64,000 nt of DNA from a virus (IMGVR_UViG_3300027852_000039:11761-75760), one strand, 5' to 3'; positions 8,162 through 16,433 are shown, counted from the first letter of the stretch. The notes: generated by a model not told the origin, from the sequence alone. Numbers and translations: made by a program.

Positions 8162-9240
8162 GACTGATCCGTGAAATGGAGAGGAGGAGGGAGCGAGAGA
8201 TGTTGATCGAAGAGAAGCAATGGACGCCGTTCTTCCCCTGGAAGGCGCTTCTGTACCCGAGAGAATGCGAGGGGATCGTCAAGGGAGACTTCCTCCCTCC
8301 TGTCGTGTTGCATATCTACGTGACGAACAAGTGTAACTCTAATTGTGCGTGGTGCATCATGCGCGAGGAGCGCGCTCTCGGAGGGGAACTCGACAGAGAT
8401 GTTTTTAGAGACATCGTCGAGCAAGCGATCAAGCTCGGAGTGAAAGCGATCCATATCAGCGGAGGAGGGGAGCCGCTTCTTTACAAACATCTCCATATCC
8501 TCGACAGATTTCCGGGGAAGAAGATCCTCTCGACGAACGGGATCGCGATCCGGGACACATACAGCGCGCGAGATCTTTGGAAGCTCTTCGATCGCATCCG
8601 GATCTCGATCGACGCGGGATCGTCCGGAGTATACGACGATGTCAGAGGGGGAGAGCTAACGTTCTGCAAAGTACTCGACAACTGTCGCGCGTTGTCTGAG
8701 GACGACGGGAGGGACGGGACAAAGACGCTCGGACTCGGGTTCGTCCTGGATCATAATAACTGGAAGGACACGTTCGACTTCTGTCAGATTCCGAAGGTCA
8801 GAGATTTTGATGCGGACTTCCTTCACATTCGACCCGCATATTACCCGAGAGGATCGGAAGAGGATCGGATGGTCCGCGAGATTATCCGTCCCGCGTATCA
8901 TCTCTGTGAAGCGGCAAGGGGAGCAACGAACGTTCCGATCTTTGCTATCTCGGACAAGTTCCGGGGATACTGGACCCCGAGGTCGACCGTGTATTGTTAC
9001 GCAACCCCGCTTCACGCGGTCGTGACGGCGACCGCTGAGTTCATCGTCTGTCAAGACGTCTTCATCCGGTTTGGAGACTTGAAGAGACAGCGGTTCGGGG
9101 AGATATGGGGGGGACACGAACACAAGGAAGCGATCGCGAGAATCGGGACCGATAAGTGTCCGCGATGCGTAATGAACAACGCGAACGAAATTATCGAAAA
9201 AGTATTTGTCGAGGATCAAATCATGAAGGAGCTACTATGA
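8155..9240 (+). CDS. radical SAM protein with SPASM/twitch domain
   Basis: CNSNCAWC, SGGGEPLL, STNG, IRISIDAG, C-terminal CYA...C...CPRC; start may be 8200. Confidence 0.92.
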   Translation: MLGLIREMERRREREMLIEEKQWTPFFPWKALLYPRECEGIVKGDFLPPVVLHIYVTNKCNSNCAWCIMREERALGGELDRDVFRDIVEQAIKLGVKAIHISGGGEPLLYKHLHILDRFPGKKILSTNGIAIRDTYSARDLWKLFDRIRISIDAGSSGVYDDVRGGELTFCKVLDNCRALSEDDGRDGTKTLGLGFVLDHNNWKDTFDFCQIPKVRDFDADFLHIRPAYYPRGSEEDRMVREIIRPAYHLCEAARGATNVPIFAISDKFRGYWTPRSTVYCYATPLHAVVTATAEFIVCQDVFIRFGDLKRQRFGEIWGGHEHKEAIARIGTDKCPRCVMNNANEIIEKVFVEDQIMKELL

Positions 9241-10010
9241 CCGATCAGAAGAAAGTTCTCGTAACGGGAAGCGAAGGGTTCGTCGGGAAGTACGTATGCG
9301 AGGGACTGAGGAGCGCGGGGATCGACGTCGTTCGGTTTGACTTGGCTTTAGGGAACGACGTCTTCGACCCGAAGCATCTATCGACGGCGCTGTGGGAGAA
9401 GGGGATCGACGCGGTTGTTCATCTTGTCGCGCATCCGCATCGACATAGCGTCTATACGAAATGGGGCAAGTCGAAGGACAGCGTTGACAAACGAGAGGAG
9501 TTCCTTGAATTCGTGCGGTTGAACTCCGAAGGAGCGAAGCTCGTATACGACGAATGTGATCGAGCACGGACGCGTCGGCTCGTTTACTGTTCTTCTGGAG
9601 CGGTCTATGGATTCGAGGATGGATTCGGGACTCCGGTCGGACGGATCAAGACGACCGACGTTCCGGATCTTGCGGACGACCGACTTCACTCGTATCCGCG
9701 ATCGAAGCTTCTCGCGGAGCAATATCTCGGTCTCGCGACGGAAGCGTTGTCGGCGATCGACAACAAGGTTCCCGAGGTCGTGATCCTTCGCTTGAACTGG
9801 ATCCAGCATCCGACACTCGGAGACGGAAAGAGCGGACCGGAATGGAAGGGCGCGACGTGTTCAATCCCGAGGATGGTTCAGGGGTTCGTGAACGCCGTCG
9901 ATGCGGACGTCTCGGGTTACGTGAATCCGATCGTCATGGATCTGATCGAGAAAAACGACGCATGGGAGGGATCGCTTCTTGCGAGCGAGATCCTGTTCGG
10001 AGGGGAATGA
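9237..10010 (+). CDS. NAD-dependent epimerase/dehydratase (extended SDR)
   Basis: VLVTGSEGFVG, SSGAVYG, YPRSK (YxxxK), VVILR. Confidence 0.9.
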   Translation: MTDQKKVLVTGSEGFVGKYVCEGLRSAGIDVVRFDLALGNDVFDPKHLSTALWEKGIDAVVHLVAHPHRHSVYTKWGKSKDSVDKREEFLEFVRLNSEGAKLVYDECDRARTRRLVYCSSGAVYGFEDGFGTPVGRIKTTDVPDLADDRLHSYPRSKLLAEQYLGLATEALSAIDNKVPEVVILRLNWIQHPTLGDGKSGPEWKGATCSIPRMVQGFVNAVDADVSGYVNPIVMDLIEKNDAWEGSLLASEILFGGE

Positions 10011-10276
10011 AAATGAGAGTGATTATATGTTTATGGGAGGATCTTCCAGATGATGTTCCCGACGAGCCTGGAGGGTTTGACGAGTGGTCGTTTGGACGAG
10101 GAGGGGACGGACTTCCTGACGGGACATGGCATCTTCACAAGGTCGTGGAAGAGGAGGGAAGGATTGTCGATTATATTTACCCGTTTCCCCCGTGCGTTCA
10201 GTACGTCATCAAACAAATAAAGGAAGGGGAGAGAGAAAAGGTAAAGAGCGAAATACGTCGAGCGCTTGGACTTTGA
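10007..10276 (+). CDS. hypothetical protein
   Basis: GGAGGGG RBS, ATGA overlap. Confidence 0.7.
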   Translation: MKMRVIICLWEDLPDDVPDEPGGFDEWSFGRGGDGLPDGTWHLHKVVEEEGRIVDYIYPFPPCVQYVIKQIKEGEREKVKSEIRRALGL

Positions 10277-10291
10277 CGGAGGGGATTAAAC

Positions 10292-10507
10292 ATGGACACA
10301 AGGACCGGACACATTTACTCGCCGGAAGAGGTCGCGGAACTCAAGAAGAAGGGACTGGATACTTCTCACTTGAAACAGATGGAGCTTCCCCCTACGGACA
10401 AACAGATGAAGCGACGTCCCCCGAAGGTTGGACGGAATGAACTTTGTCCGTGCGGGAGCGGGAAGAAGTTCAAGAAATGCTGTCTCGATCTACAGAGGAG
10501 ACCGTAA
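10292..10507 (+). CDS. SEC-C motif protein
   Basis: [20 protein letters not shown]. Confidence 0.92.
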   Translation: MDTRTGHIYSPEEVAELKKKGLDTSHLKQMELPPTDKQMKRRPPKVGRNELCPCGSGKKFKKCCLDLQRRP

Positions 10508-10508
10508 G

Positions 10509-10670
10509 ATGAGCAAGAACTGTATTCAATGTGTGAAGAATGAAAGGACTGGACCGGATCTCCTTTGCGATAAGTGTCGGGAGCGAGAGAGCATTCCTGG
10601 AAGAAACGAAGAGCATGCGGCTCTCGTAAAGGCGACAGCAGCCAAGAGAGGATTTCGGATAGACGGTTGA
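10509..10670 (+). CDS. small Zn-finger protein
   Basis: NCIQCVKN...DLLCDKC; N-terminus repeated at 11926. Confidence 0.7.
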   Translation: MSKNCIQCVKNERTGPDLLCDKCRERESIPGRNEEHAALVKATAAKRGFRIDG

Positions 10671-10813
10671 AGAGAATAATCAAAATTGTAACTACAGAGT
10701 TGGCCGAGATGCCCTATCGCGAAAGAAGGAAGGTGTTCAACCGCATGTTGGCGGTGAAGGGCTGGCACTATTCAGAATCTGGTCCTCGACTGCGCCCCTT
10801 GCTCCCACTGTAA
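10667..10813 (+). CDS. small hypothetical protein
   Basis: TTG start overlapping upstream stop. Confidence 0.4.
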   Translation: MKRIIKIVTTELAEMPYRERRKVFNRMLAVKGWHYSESGPRLRPLLPL

Positions 10814-10843
10814 CAAGTTCCATGCAGCCCCAAGAAACGAGGG

Positions 10844-11066
10844 GTGAAAAAATCCGAAGTGGATAAATCCGAATCAGAGGTATGGTCCTTGCCCCTACAG
10901 TGCGGAGGAGCAAGCGGAACACAAAAAGGACTGCGGAATCTTTCGCAGTTCAGCCTGTACTTGTGGGCAGCATGAGCAAGAGACATGTTGCCACGCCTGG
11001 CATCACCCGGATGGCCTGATGGTCAAGATCAAGAAGAAGGACTTCGGTTTGAAGCGGAATGCGTAG
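10844..11066 (+). pseudogene. probable frameshifted gene ending in an RNA-ligase-like (DUF5565-type) C-terminal motif
   Basis: GTG 10844 followed by A6; the frame from 10848 reads ...WHHPDGLMVKIKKKDFGLKRNA*, with no usable start near its 5' end. Confidence 0.4.
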
Positions 11067-11102
11067 TGTATCGGTATTATGTTCGATTCGGGAGGGGGAA
11101 TA

Positions 11103-11321
11103 ATGTCAGATCCAGACAGGAAAGCAATGAGAGAATACCGCCGAAAGTACTTTGCCGTCAGGATCGAGGAGGGCCGCTACTTCTTGGATGAGGGGGAGGT
11201 GCTGGTATCCATCACGTCGAACGGGAAACAGTGGCAGAGTTTAGGGCTCTACCTGGACGACGAAGTGCCCCAGGTGATTGCAGCCCTACAGAGGACACAG
11301 ATACCACAGAAAGTACAGTGA
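11103..11321 (+). CDS. hypothetical protein
   Basis: GGAGGGGG RBS. Confidence 0.7.
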   Translation: MSDPDRKAMREYRRKYFAVRIEEGRYFLDEGEVLVSITSNGKQWQSLGLYLDDEVPQVIAALQRTQIPQKVQ

Positions 11322-11554
11322 CAAATATACAGGATGCGGAGGACGAGATGGGATATTTCAGAGAGCTGCACGGAATTCGTAGCCCCGAGTTCTTCGAGGG
11401 CGTAGTGGCAGGCATGACAGCCTATGCTGTTTGGCGTGACGGAACGCAGTGGGTGGGAGATCCGGCGAAATCCCTCAAGGTTGCTATCGAAGAGGCAAGG
11501 CGGGATCTGCTCGAGCACGATGACCAAAATACATGTCACCGGGAGGAGCCATGA
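11318..11554 (+). CDS. hypothetical protein
   Basis: FFEGVVAGMTAYAVWRDGTQWVG motif common in small phage proteins; start 11318 or 11348. Confidence 0.7.
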   Translation: MTNIQDAEDEMGYFRELHGIRSPEFFEGVVAGMTAYAVWRDGTQWVGDPAKSLKVAIEEARRDLLEHDDQNTCHREEP

Positions 11555-11754
11555 GAAACCGCAAGGGCTGGAAAGAGTACCCACTCAGGCGGTGCCGATG
11601 GCTGAATGGGTGTTGCGTCTGCGGTAAAGACATCGTATCCGGCGAGCTCTACTACGATGGAGGGTACAGTAGGCGGGCGCACAAACTGTGTGTAGATATT
11701 ATGGCAAAGTATAGCAACCCAGACACACGTGGAGGAACTGATGAGCGATCTTAG
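11551..11754 (+). CDS. small Zn-finger protein
   Basis: CCVCGKDI...HKLC; GGAGG RBS. Confidence 0.7.
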   Translation: MRNRKGWKEYPLRRCRWLNGCCVCGKDIVSGELYYDGGYSRRAHKLCVDIMAKYSNPDTRGGTDERS

Positions 11755-11929
11755 ATCCCCGCTGGCAAAGGCCAGAGATGCCTTCCTTGAAAGAGATGAG
11801 GGCAAGAAGCTCCTGGAGGGCTCTGCGAGCGGCCAATACCTGAAGAACAGAATCGAGGCCGCATGGTTGGCTGGCGTGAGGTATGGCATGGTGCTGCATG
11901 ACCCAGATACATGTGGAGGTAACGAATGA
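11741..11929 (+). CDS. hypothetical protein
   Basis: GGAGG RBS; YLKNRIEAAWLAG. Confidence 0.7.
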   Translation: MSDLRSPLAKARDAFLERDEGKKLLEGSASGQYLKNRIEAAWLAGVRYGMVLHDPDTCGGNE

Positions 11930-12210
11930 GCACTAATTGTATTCAATGCGTGAAAAACAAAAGGAGGGGACCAGACCTGCTCTGTGATGCTTGCCGGGAG
12001 AAGCAAATGCAAGCATCCGGCAGCGAGGCCAACTACTCTATGGAAGAGCCGGAATTTTTAAGGTATGTGAAATTACTCTCGTCGATGTGCCTCGACTACC
12101 AGATGGACGGTATCAGCCGGGAAACGTTCATATCAAATCTGGACATCATATCGAGACAGATTGGGGAGCAATATGACCACAAGACGTGTTCGCAAGGAGA
12201 CGAGGAATGA
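11926..12210 (+). CDS. hypothetical protein with N-terminal Zn finger
   Basis: NCIQCVKN...DLLCDAC; GGAGG RBS. Confidence 0.7.
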   Translation: MSTNCIQCVKNKRRGPDLLCDACREKQMQASGSEANYSMEEPEFLRYVKLLSSMCLDYQMDGISRETFISNLDIISRQIGEQYDHKTCSQGDEE

Positions 12211-12395
12211 GGCGGCTACTTGAGAAAAACCTGCCAATCTATATTCGCTTCTGGCCTACGCAGTTTTGGCTGGCAGTGTGGTCGGCTCCGTCCCGGCAGG
12301 GGGGAGAAACAGACTGGAAGGCCCTCCGAATCACCATAAGGAGAGGCCGTCACCATTCTTTGCTCGTTGCGGTCATAAAGGCCGGAACAATATGA
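12207..12395 (+). CDS. hypothetical protein
   Basis: ATGA overlap, RBS. Confidence 0.55.
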   Translation: MRRLLEKNLPIYIRFWPTQFWLAVWSAPSRQGGETDWKALRITIRRGRHHSLLVAVIKAGTI

Positions 12396-12425
12396 CCCAG
12401 ACTCACTTGACCCTACGGAGGGGTG

Positions 12426-12683
12426 ATGCAGTTATCAAGAGAAGTCCCCAAGCACACAAAGACGGAACACTTCAACTGGTGCAAGAAGGGTTGGCTCAAA
12501 ATGACCCCGAGATTCCGGGAGCTTCGGTCGATATGTAGCAACAAGATGGACACATGCTTCTGGTGCCGTCACAAATTCAAAGATGGCGAAGAAATGGCGC
12601 TGGCGCAACCCAAGAAGAGAAGAAATAAGGTTCTCTGTGATGGGTGTGCCGACGCTCTTTTGCGTAGTGATACGGAGTCATAA
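12426..12683 (+). CDS. Zn-finger hypothetical protein
   Basis: CFWC...LCDGC; GGAGG RBS. Confidence 0.7.
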   Translation: MQLSREVPKHTKTEHFNWCKKGWLKMTPRFRELRSICSNKMDTCFWCRHKFKDGEEMALAQPKKRRNKVLCDGCADALLRSDTES

Positions 12684-13042
12684 TGTCTTCTGAAACGATC
12701 TACCGCATTCAAGATAACGAAGGCCGAGGGCCGTTCAGGCCGGGCTTTTCCAGGCGATGGGTGGAGCCCCGACCGGATCATGAAAACCTGATGCCCTGGA
12801 CGATGGAGTTTGGCCGAGTGGACAGGGCTCTCCTCTTCGGCGAAATGGCTGGTAGTGGGTGTCGGACCCTGGAGCAGCTACGTCGCTGGTTCACTCAGTC
12901 CGAGTACGAGACGCTCGTGAAATACGGATACAGGGCGGTGAAGATGGGAATAGGCCGCGTCCTGGCCGAGCCAGAAAAGCAATGTATGTTCGGTCGGGCC
13001 GAGCCGTTGAGAGAGGACGTGGAAGAAGTACAACTGTACTAG
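12683..13042 (+). CDS. hypothetical protein
   Basis: IYRIQDNEGRGPF...GCRTLEQLRRWF; TAATG coupling. Confidence 0.7.
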   Translation: MSSETIYRIQDNEGRGPFRPGFSRRWVEPRPDHENLMPWTMEFGRVDRALLFGEMAGSGCRTLEQLRRWFTQSEYETLVKYGYRAVKMGIGRVLAEPEKQCMFGRAEPLREDVEEVQLY

Positions 13043-13079
13043 GCGACATGACTCACAATCTTGATGCTCGGAGGAAACA

Positions 13080-13979
13080 ATGAAGATCGGAATCATGTAC
13101 TCGGGAATCGGACAGAGAAACGGAGCGGACTTCGTTGCGGAGTTCATGATAAACGCAGTCAAACTTCTCGGACACGAGTGCGTTGTGTTGGGATCGCACG
13201 GAGGTCCGCAAGCGACGGAGATCCCGGACGGACTTGACTTCATCGTCCATTCATCCGGGAGGGAACTGAAACTCGGGCTCGTGTACAAGCTCAAGAAGAA
13301 GACGAAGGTCGTCCTCTGGACCCATAACGACGAGATGGAAGACTGGAGACAGATCATCGCTCCGATCTCTCCTGTGGTTGACATTCATTTCTCGTATACG
13401 AAAGGACATCCGTATGGAGATCACGTCCGATACTTACCGCTCGCAGCGGACGAAACGATCTATCATCCGATCGACGCATGGGAAGCGTTCTATGAATACG
13501 ATGTCGCTCTGATCGGAGCGCGGCGCTCCTGGAGAGAGAAGTTCGCGGAGGGAATTCAAAAGAGCTTCCCGAAAGCGTTCTTTCATTTCGAGATGGCGCT
13601 CACGCACGAGGAAGTGAACCGCATATACAACTCGACAAGAGTTGTTCTCGCTCCCGTCCAGGATTGCGACGAGGACTCTCCCGCTCGCGCGTGGGGTTGT
13701 CCCTGTAGAACCTTCGATGTCCCCGCGTCCGGAGCTTTTCAGATCCAGGTCGCGCGGGGAGGACTGTACGACGTTTATCCTGAAGCAATCGTGATCGACC
13801 CGATCGAGGACGTCGACGTCGCGGTCGATGCGTGGTCGGAAGTGATCGACTACTACATCACGCACGAGGAAGTCCGGTTGTACAAAGCGACTGAGTTGTG
13901 GGTCCGGACCCGCGCGCAACATAAGTACACTCACAGAATTCAAACCATGATCGACGCGATCGAGGAGCTTGCGGGATGA
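13080..13979 (+). CDS. CgeB-like glycosyltransferase (GT-B, Glyco_trans_1_2 type)
   Basis: YLPLAADETIYHP, YDVALIG, RTFDVPASGAFQI, HKYTHRIQTMI. Confidence 0.85.
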   Translation: MKIGIMYSGIGQRNGADFVAEFMINAVKLLGHECVVLGSHGGPQATEIPDGLDFIVHSSGRELKLGLVYKLKKKTKVVLWTHNDEMEDWRQIIAPISPVVDIHFSYTKGHPYGDHVRYLPLAADETIYHPIDAWEAFYEYDVALIGARRSWREKFAEGIQKSFPKAFFHFEMALTHEEVNRIYNSTRVVLAPVQDCDEDSPARAWGCPCRTFDVPASGAFQIQVARGGLYDVYPEAIVIDPIEDVDVAVDAWSEVIDYYITHEEVRLYKATELWVRTRAQHKYTHRIQTMIDAIEELAG

Positions 13980-14713
13980 TAACAACGGATACGATCTACA
14001 CGATGAAGCATGAAGAGCTTGATCGATGGATTATCGAGAACGTCATGGAATGGAGAGCGCTCCCCTTCGACGCGCTTCAGGGACTCTTCGACCCGGAGGT
14101 ATACATCGAGTTCCCCGCGTGCGTGTTCAATCCGAGGACTGAGGTCTATGAGATGTTTCCGCATTCGAAGGCGAGACATCCGATCCCCTTCTCGCCGTCG
14201 ACGTTTCCGGAATCAGCGACGGCGGCACTCGACAAGATCTCCGATCGAGACGGATGGACCTACTCGATTCTTCGCGGATCCGCGAGCGAGCGACAGGCGA
14301 TCCTCCGCGCGCTGAAGTGGAAGCTCGCGACGGAGGACGAGGAGAGAGACGGAGAGGGGATCTTCGTGGTTCTCGCGAGGAAAGGTCTTTGCGTCCTTGG
14401 ACACGGTCCCCTCCTTCCACTTGCAGCGGCGCGCGCGGTCTGTCAGACCTTCGGGAAACCGGACGAGAGAGGTTTCGTCACGTCGAAGGAGATCCTCGAA
14501 CAGACGGGAGTCAAGAGCGTTCAGACCCTCATGAACTGGACGAAGCTCGGGATCCTTCCGTCTCCAAGAGTGACCGCTCAGAAGAACGGGCGCGGGTCGA
14601 TCGCATGGTTCCCGTACTTCGCGCTCGACCGCGTGTCGATGATCCTGGACCTAAAGAGGCAAGGGTACGGGATCCGGAGGATCAAGAAGATCCTGGACGT
14701 CGTCGGGCGCTGA
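13976..14713 (+). CDS. phage ABA-sandwich-like domain fused to MerR-like HTH
   Basis: ELDRWIIENVMEW...FSPST N-terminus; KEILEQTGVKSVQTLMNWTKLGILPSP...LKRQGYGIRRIK C-terminus. Confidence 0.65.
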   Translation: MITTDTIYTMKHEELDRWIIENVMEWRALPFDALQGLFDPEVYIEFPACVFNPRTEVYEMFPHSKARHPIPFSPSTFPESATAALDKISDRDGWTYSILRGSASERQAILRALKWKLATEDEERDGEGIFVVLARKGLCVLGHGPLLPLAAARAVCQTFGKPDERGFVTSKEILEQTGVKSVQTLMNWTKLGILPSPRVTAQKNGRGSIAWFPYFALDRVSMILDLKRQGYGIRRIKKILDVVGR

Positions 14714-15300
14714 TCTCGACGTTCTATCTCGTGCGAGATTTGTTCTACGAAGCACAGAACGATCGTTATATTCCTGGATTTCTGAGCGCGGCGAATTGGG
14801 CCGGTTAAACGCCGAAAAACGTGAATGCTGAAAAATCAAAGGCATAGCAAAAAGTCTCATTTTGAGAAAAATCTCTAAGCAGGAATCGCTCCTGTCTGAA
14901 CGGGGTTAATTGTAAAAGTTTTGTAAAAAGACGGATATCAACGATCCGCGATATCCGGTCGAACAAAGTCTCATAGAATCAACCGTTCGGATTGGGCCTA
15001 TTCCTGACCCCCCCCTATGCGTAGAGCGTCACTTTCCCGTCCCCAAAAAAGAAGCCCATCCATCGAGGCATAGCTCGATCGGTGACGCTCGCCGTCACTC
15101 GGTTGACGCTCGTGGTCACTTCCCCGAGATCTCTGCGGGGGTCTATTCTCGCAAGTCCCCGGCGATGGGCCGCTTTTTTTTCGGCGCGCTCTGGCACGGT
15201 TCCTGCTCTATTTCTCGGGTAATGAATACATCTCTTAACTTTTGTTCGACAGGCATATACCACAGACCGCGCGGGAACGCGCAAGACGAAAAGGAGAACA
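14714..15300. promoter_or_regulatory. largest non-coding region; AT-rich repeats plus structured element
   Basis: No credible ORF; AAAGTCTCAT twice, TTGTAAAA twice, CGGATATC/GATATCCG inverted repeat. Confidence 0.55.
15023..15192. ncRNA. candidate multi-stem structured RNA or DNA element
   Basis: Closing stem 15045-15060/15164-15179 enclosing four hairpins; T8 run; outer AGAGCG/CGCTCT pair. Confidence 0.45.
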
Positions 15301-15302
15301 TC

Positions 15303-15602
15303 ATGAAGACGTTGACCGAGGGGACGAGGATCTTCAATCGCGGCGACATGGCGAACATCGAACACTTCGGAACGATTATCAAGGTCAAGACGGATCGATG
15401 GGGAACGCATTACAGGATCAGGATCGACGAGGAAGACAGAACGACAGAGAGAGAAGAGTACGAAGTTCCGAAGTGCATGGTTCACGAAGTCGACAAGGGT
15501 CACGGGGGAACGAGGATCGTGACCGAGGAAGCGTACAACAGGTTGGGAGAGGAAAGGATCAGGGAGTTCAAGGAACGATACGGAAAGAAGGAGGTCGCGT
15601 AA
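15303..15602 (+). CDS. hypothetical protein
   Basis: AAGGAG RBS; first gene after non-coding region. Confidence 0.8.
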   Translation: MKTLTEGTRIFNRGDMANIEHFGTIIKVKTDRWGTHYRIRIDEEDRTTEREEYEVPKCMVHEVDKGHGGTRIVTEEAYNRLGEERIREFKERYGKKEVA

Positions 15603-15787
15603 TGCGTTGTCCGAATTGCCCGAACATGGTCGACACGGTTGTCGTCGAGGAGAGAGAGGGGACCAGGGGAGCGATGATCGAGTGTCCCCTCTGCAAAGTC
15701 CGCGCTCGGGAATTTACGTGGGCGAACGCGAGCGCAAGGTACGAAGAAGAATACGGACCGGACGAAGACGAACCTGTCAACGTGTAA
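15602..15787 (+). CDS. Zn-ribbon protein
   Basis: CPNC...CPLC; TAATG coupling. Confidence 0.65.
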   Translation: MRCPNCPNMVDTVVVEEREGTRGAMIECPLCKVRAREFTWANASARYEEEYGPDEDEPVNV

Positions 15788-15821
15788 CCCGAAAGAAGTA
15801 AAGCGCAGCAAACCACAAACA

Positions 15822-15856
15822 GGAGAGCGGGGCGTCGACGGAGGAACCCGCTCTCC
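15822..15856. other. perfect 10-bp intergenic hairpin
   Basis: GGAGAGCGGG / CCCGCTCTCC, 15-nt loop, directly before the RBS of 15872. Confidence 0.55.
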
Positions 15857-15871
15857 CCTGGAGGATGGAAC

Positions 15872-16048
15872 ATGACGATGCAAGCGAGAGAAAGAATCGA
15901 AGAGAGACTCGACGCGATCGAGAGAGAGATCGAAGAAGAGAAGAACGAAGTCCGCAAGGTTCTTCTTCGGCGCGAGCATAGGATTCTCTCGGGTTGGGAT
16001 CACGTCGAGCAACAGTGTAAGAGAGACGGAATAGTCGAGGTATGGTGA
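15872..16048 (+). CDS. small coiled-coil protein (58 aa)
   Basis: GGAGG RBS; MTMQARERIEERLDAIEREIEEE...; below ORF-track cutoff. Confidence 0.6.
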   Translation: MTMQARERIEERLDAIEREIEEEKNEVRKVLLRREHRILSGWDHVEQQCKRDGIVEVW

Positions 16049-16102
16049 ACGATCCTTGTCGGAGGGGATTGCTCACATCATAGAAGGATGGAAGGAAGGA
16101 CA

Positions 16103-16408
16103 ATGAAGAGCGACACAAAAGACGAGATCATGGAACTAGTCAAGGAAGCGGAAGCGATGATGCTGGACGACACGTCAAGGTATTTCCTGAGCGGGTTGAG
16201 AAAGAAGCTAAAGGATCCGAACCTGAGAGCGGCGAACGCGTTCTCATGGAGCGAGGATCCGGAGAAGACGATCTTCGACGGGATCACCGGGATCCCGATC
16301 GAGAATTACGAAGGTCTGGTCCTCGTGTTCTTCAGCGACGGGTCGTGTTTCATGAGGACTTGGATCGAGAACCGCGAACGGAATTGGAGAGCGCTCGGAA
16401 CCGACTAG
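16103..16408 (+). CDS. hypothetical protein
   Basis: AAGGA RBS. Confidence 0.7.
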   Translation: MKSDTKDEIMELVKEAEAMMLDDTSRYFLSGLRKKLKDPNLRAANAFSWSEDPEKTIFDGITGIPIENYEGLVLVFFSDGSCFMRTWIENRERNWRALGTD

Positions 16409-16433
16409 ACATCTCTGTCAAACATGGTACACT
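16406..16433 (+). promoter_or_regulatory. putative sigma70-type promoter
   Basis: TAGACA-16 nt-TACACT with TGn extension, upstream of the AAA operon. Confidence 0.35.

Larger units (their letters stand above)
11520..13082 (+). repeat. dispersed gene-junction repeat ATGACCCAnAnACAYGT...GGAGG...ATG
   Basis: Copies at about 11520, 11716, 11898, 12173, 12392, 13048 (weaker at 11318). Confidence 0.6.

Noticed and set aside
11318-13082. CRISPR array or classical integron attC sites
   Set aside because: Repeats are degenerate and separated by whole genes; no GTTRRRY/RYYYAAC attC ends, cas genes or integrase seen
15045-15181. tRNA or tmRNA in the multi-stem element
   Set aside because: No T-loop GTTCRA, D-loop or CCA end recognisable on either strand
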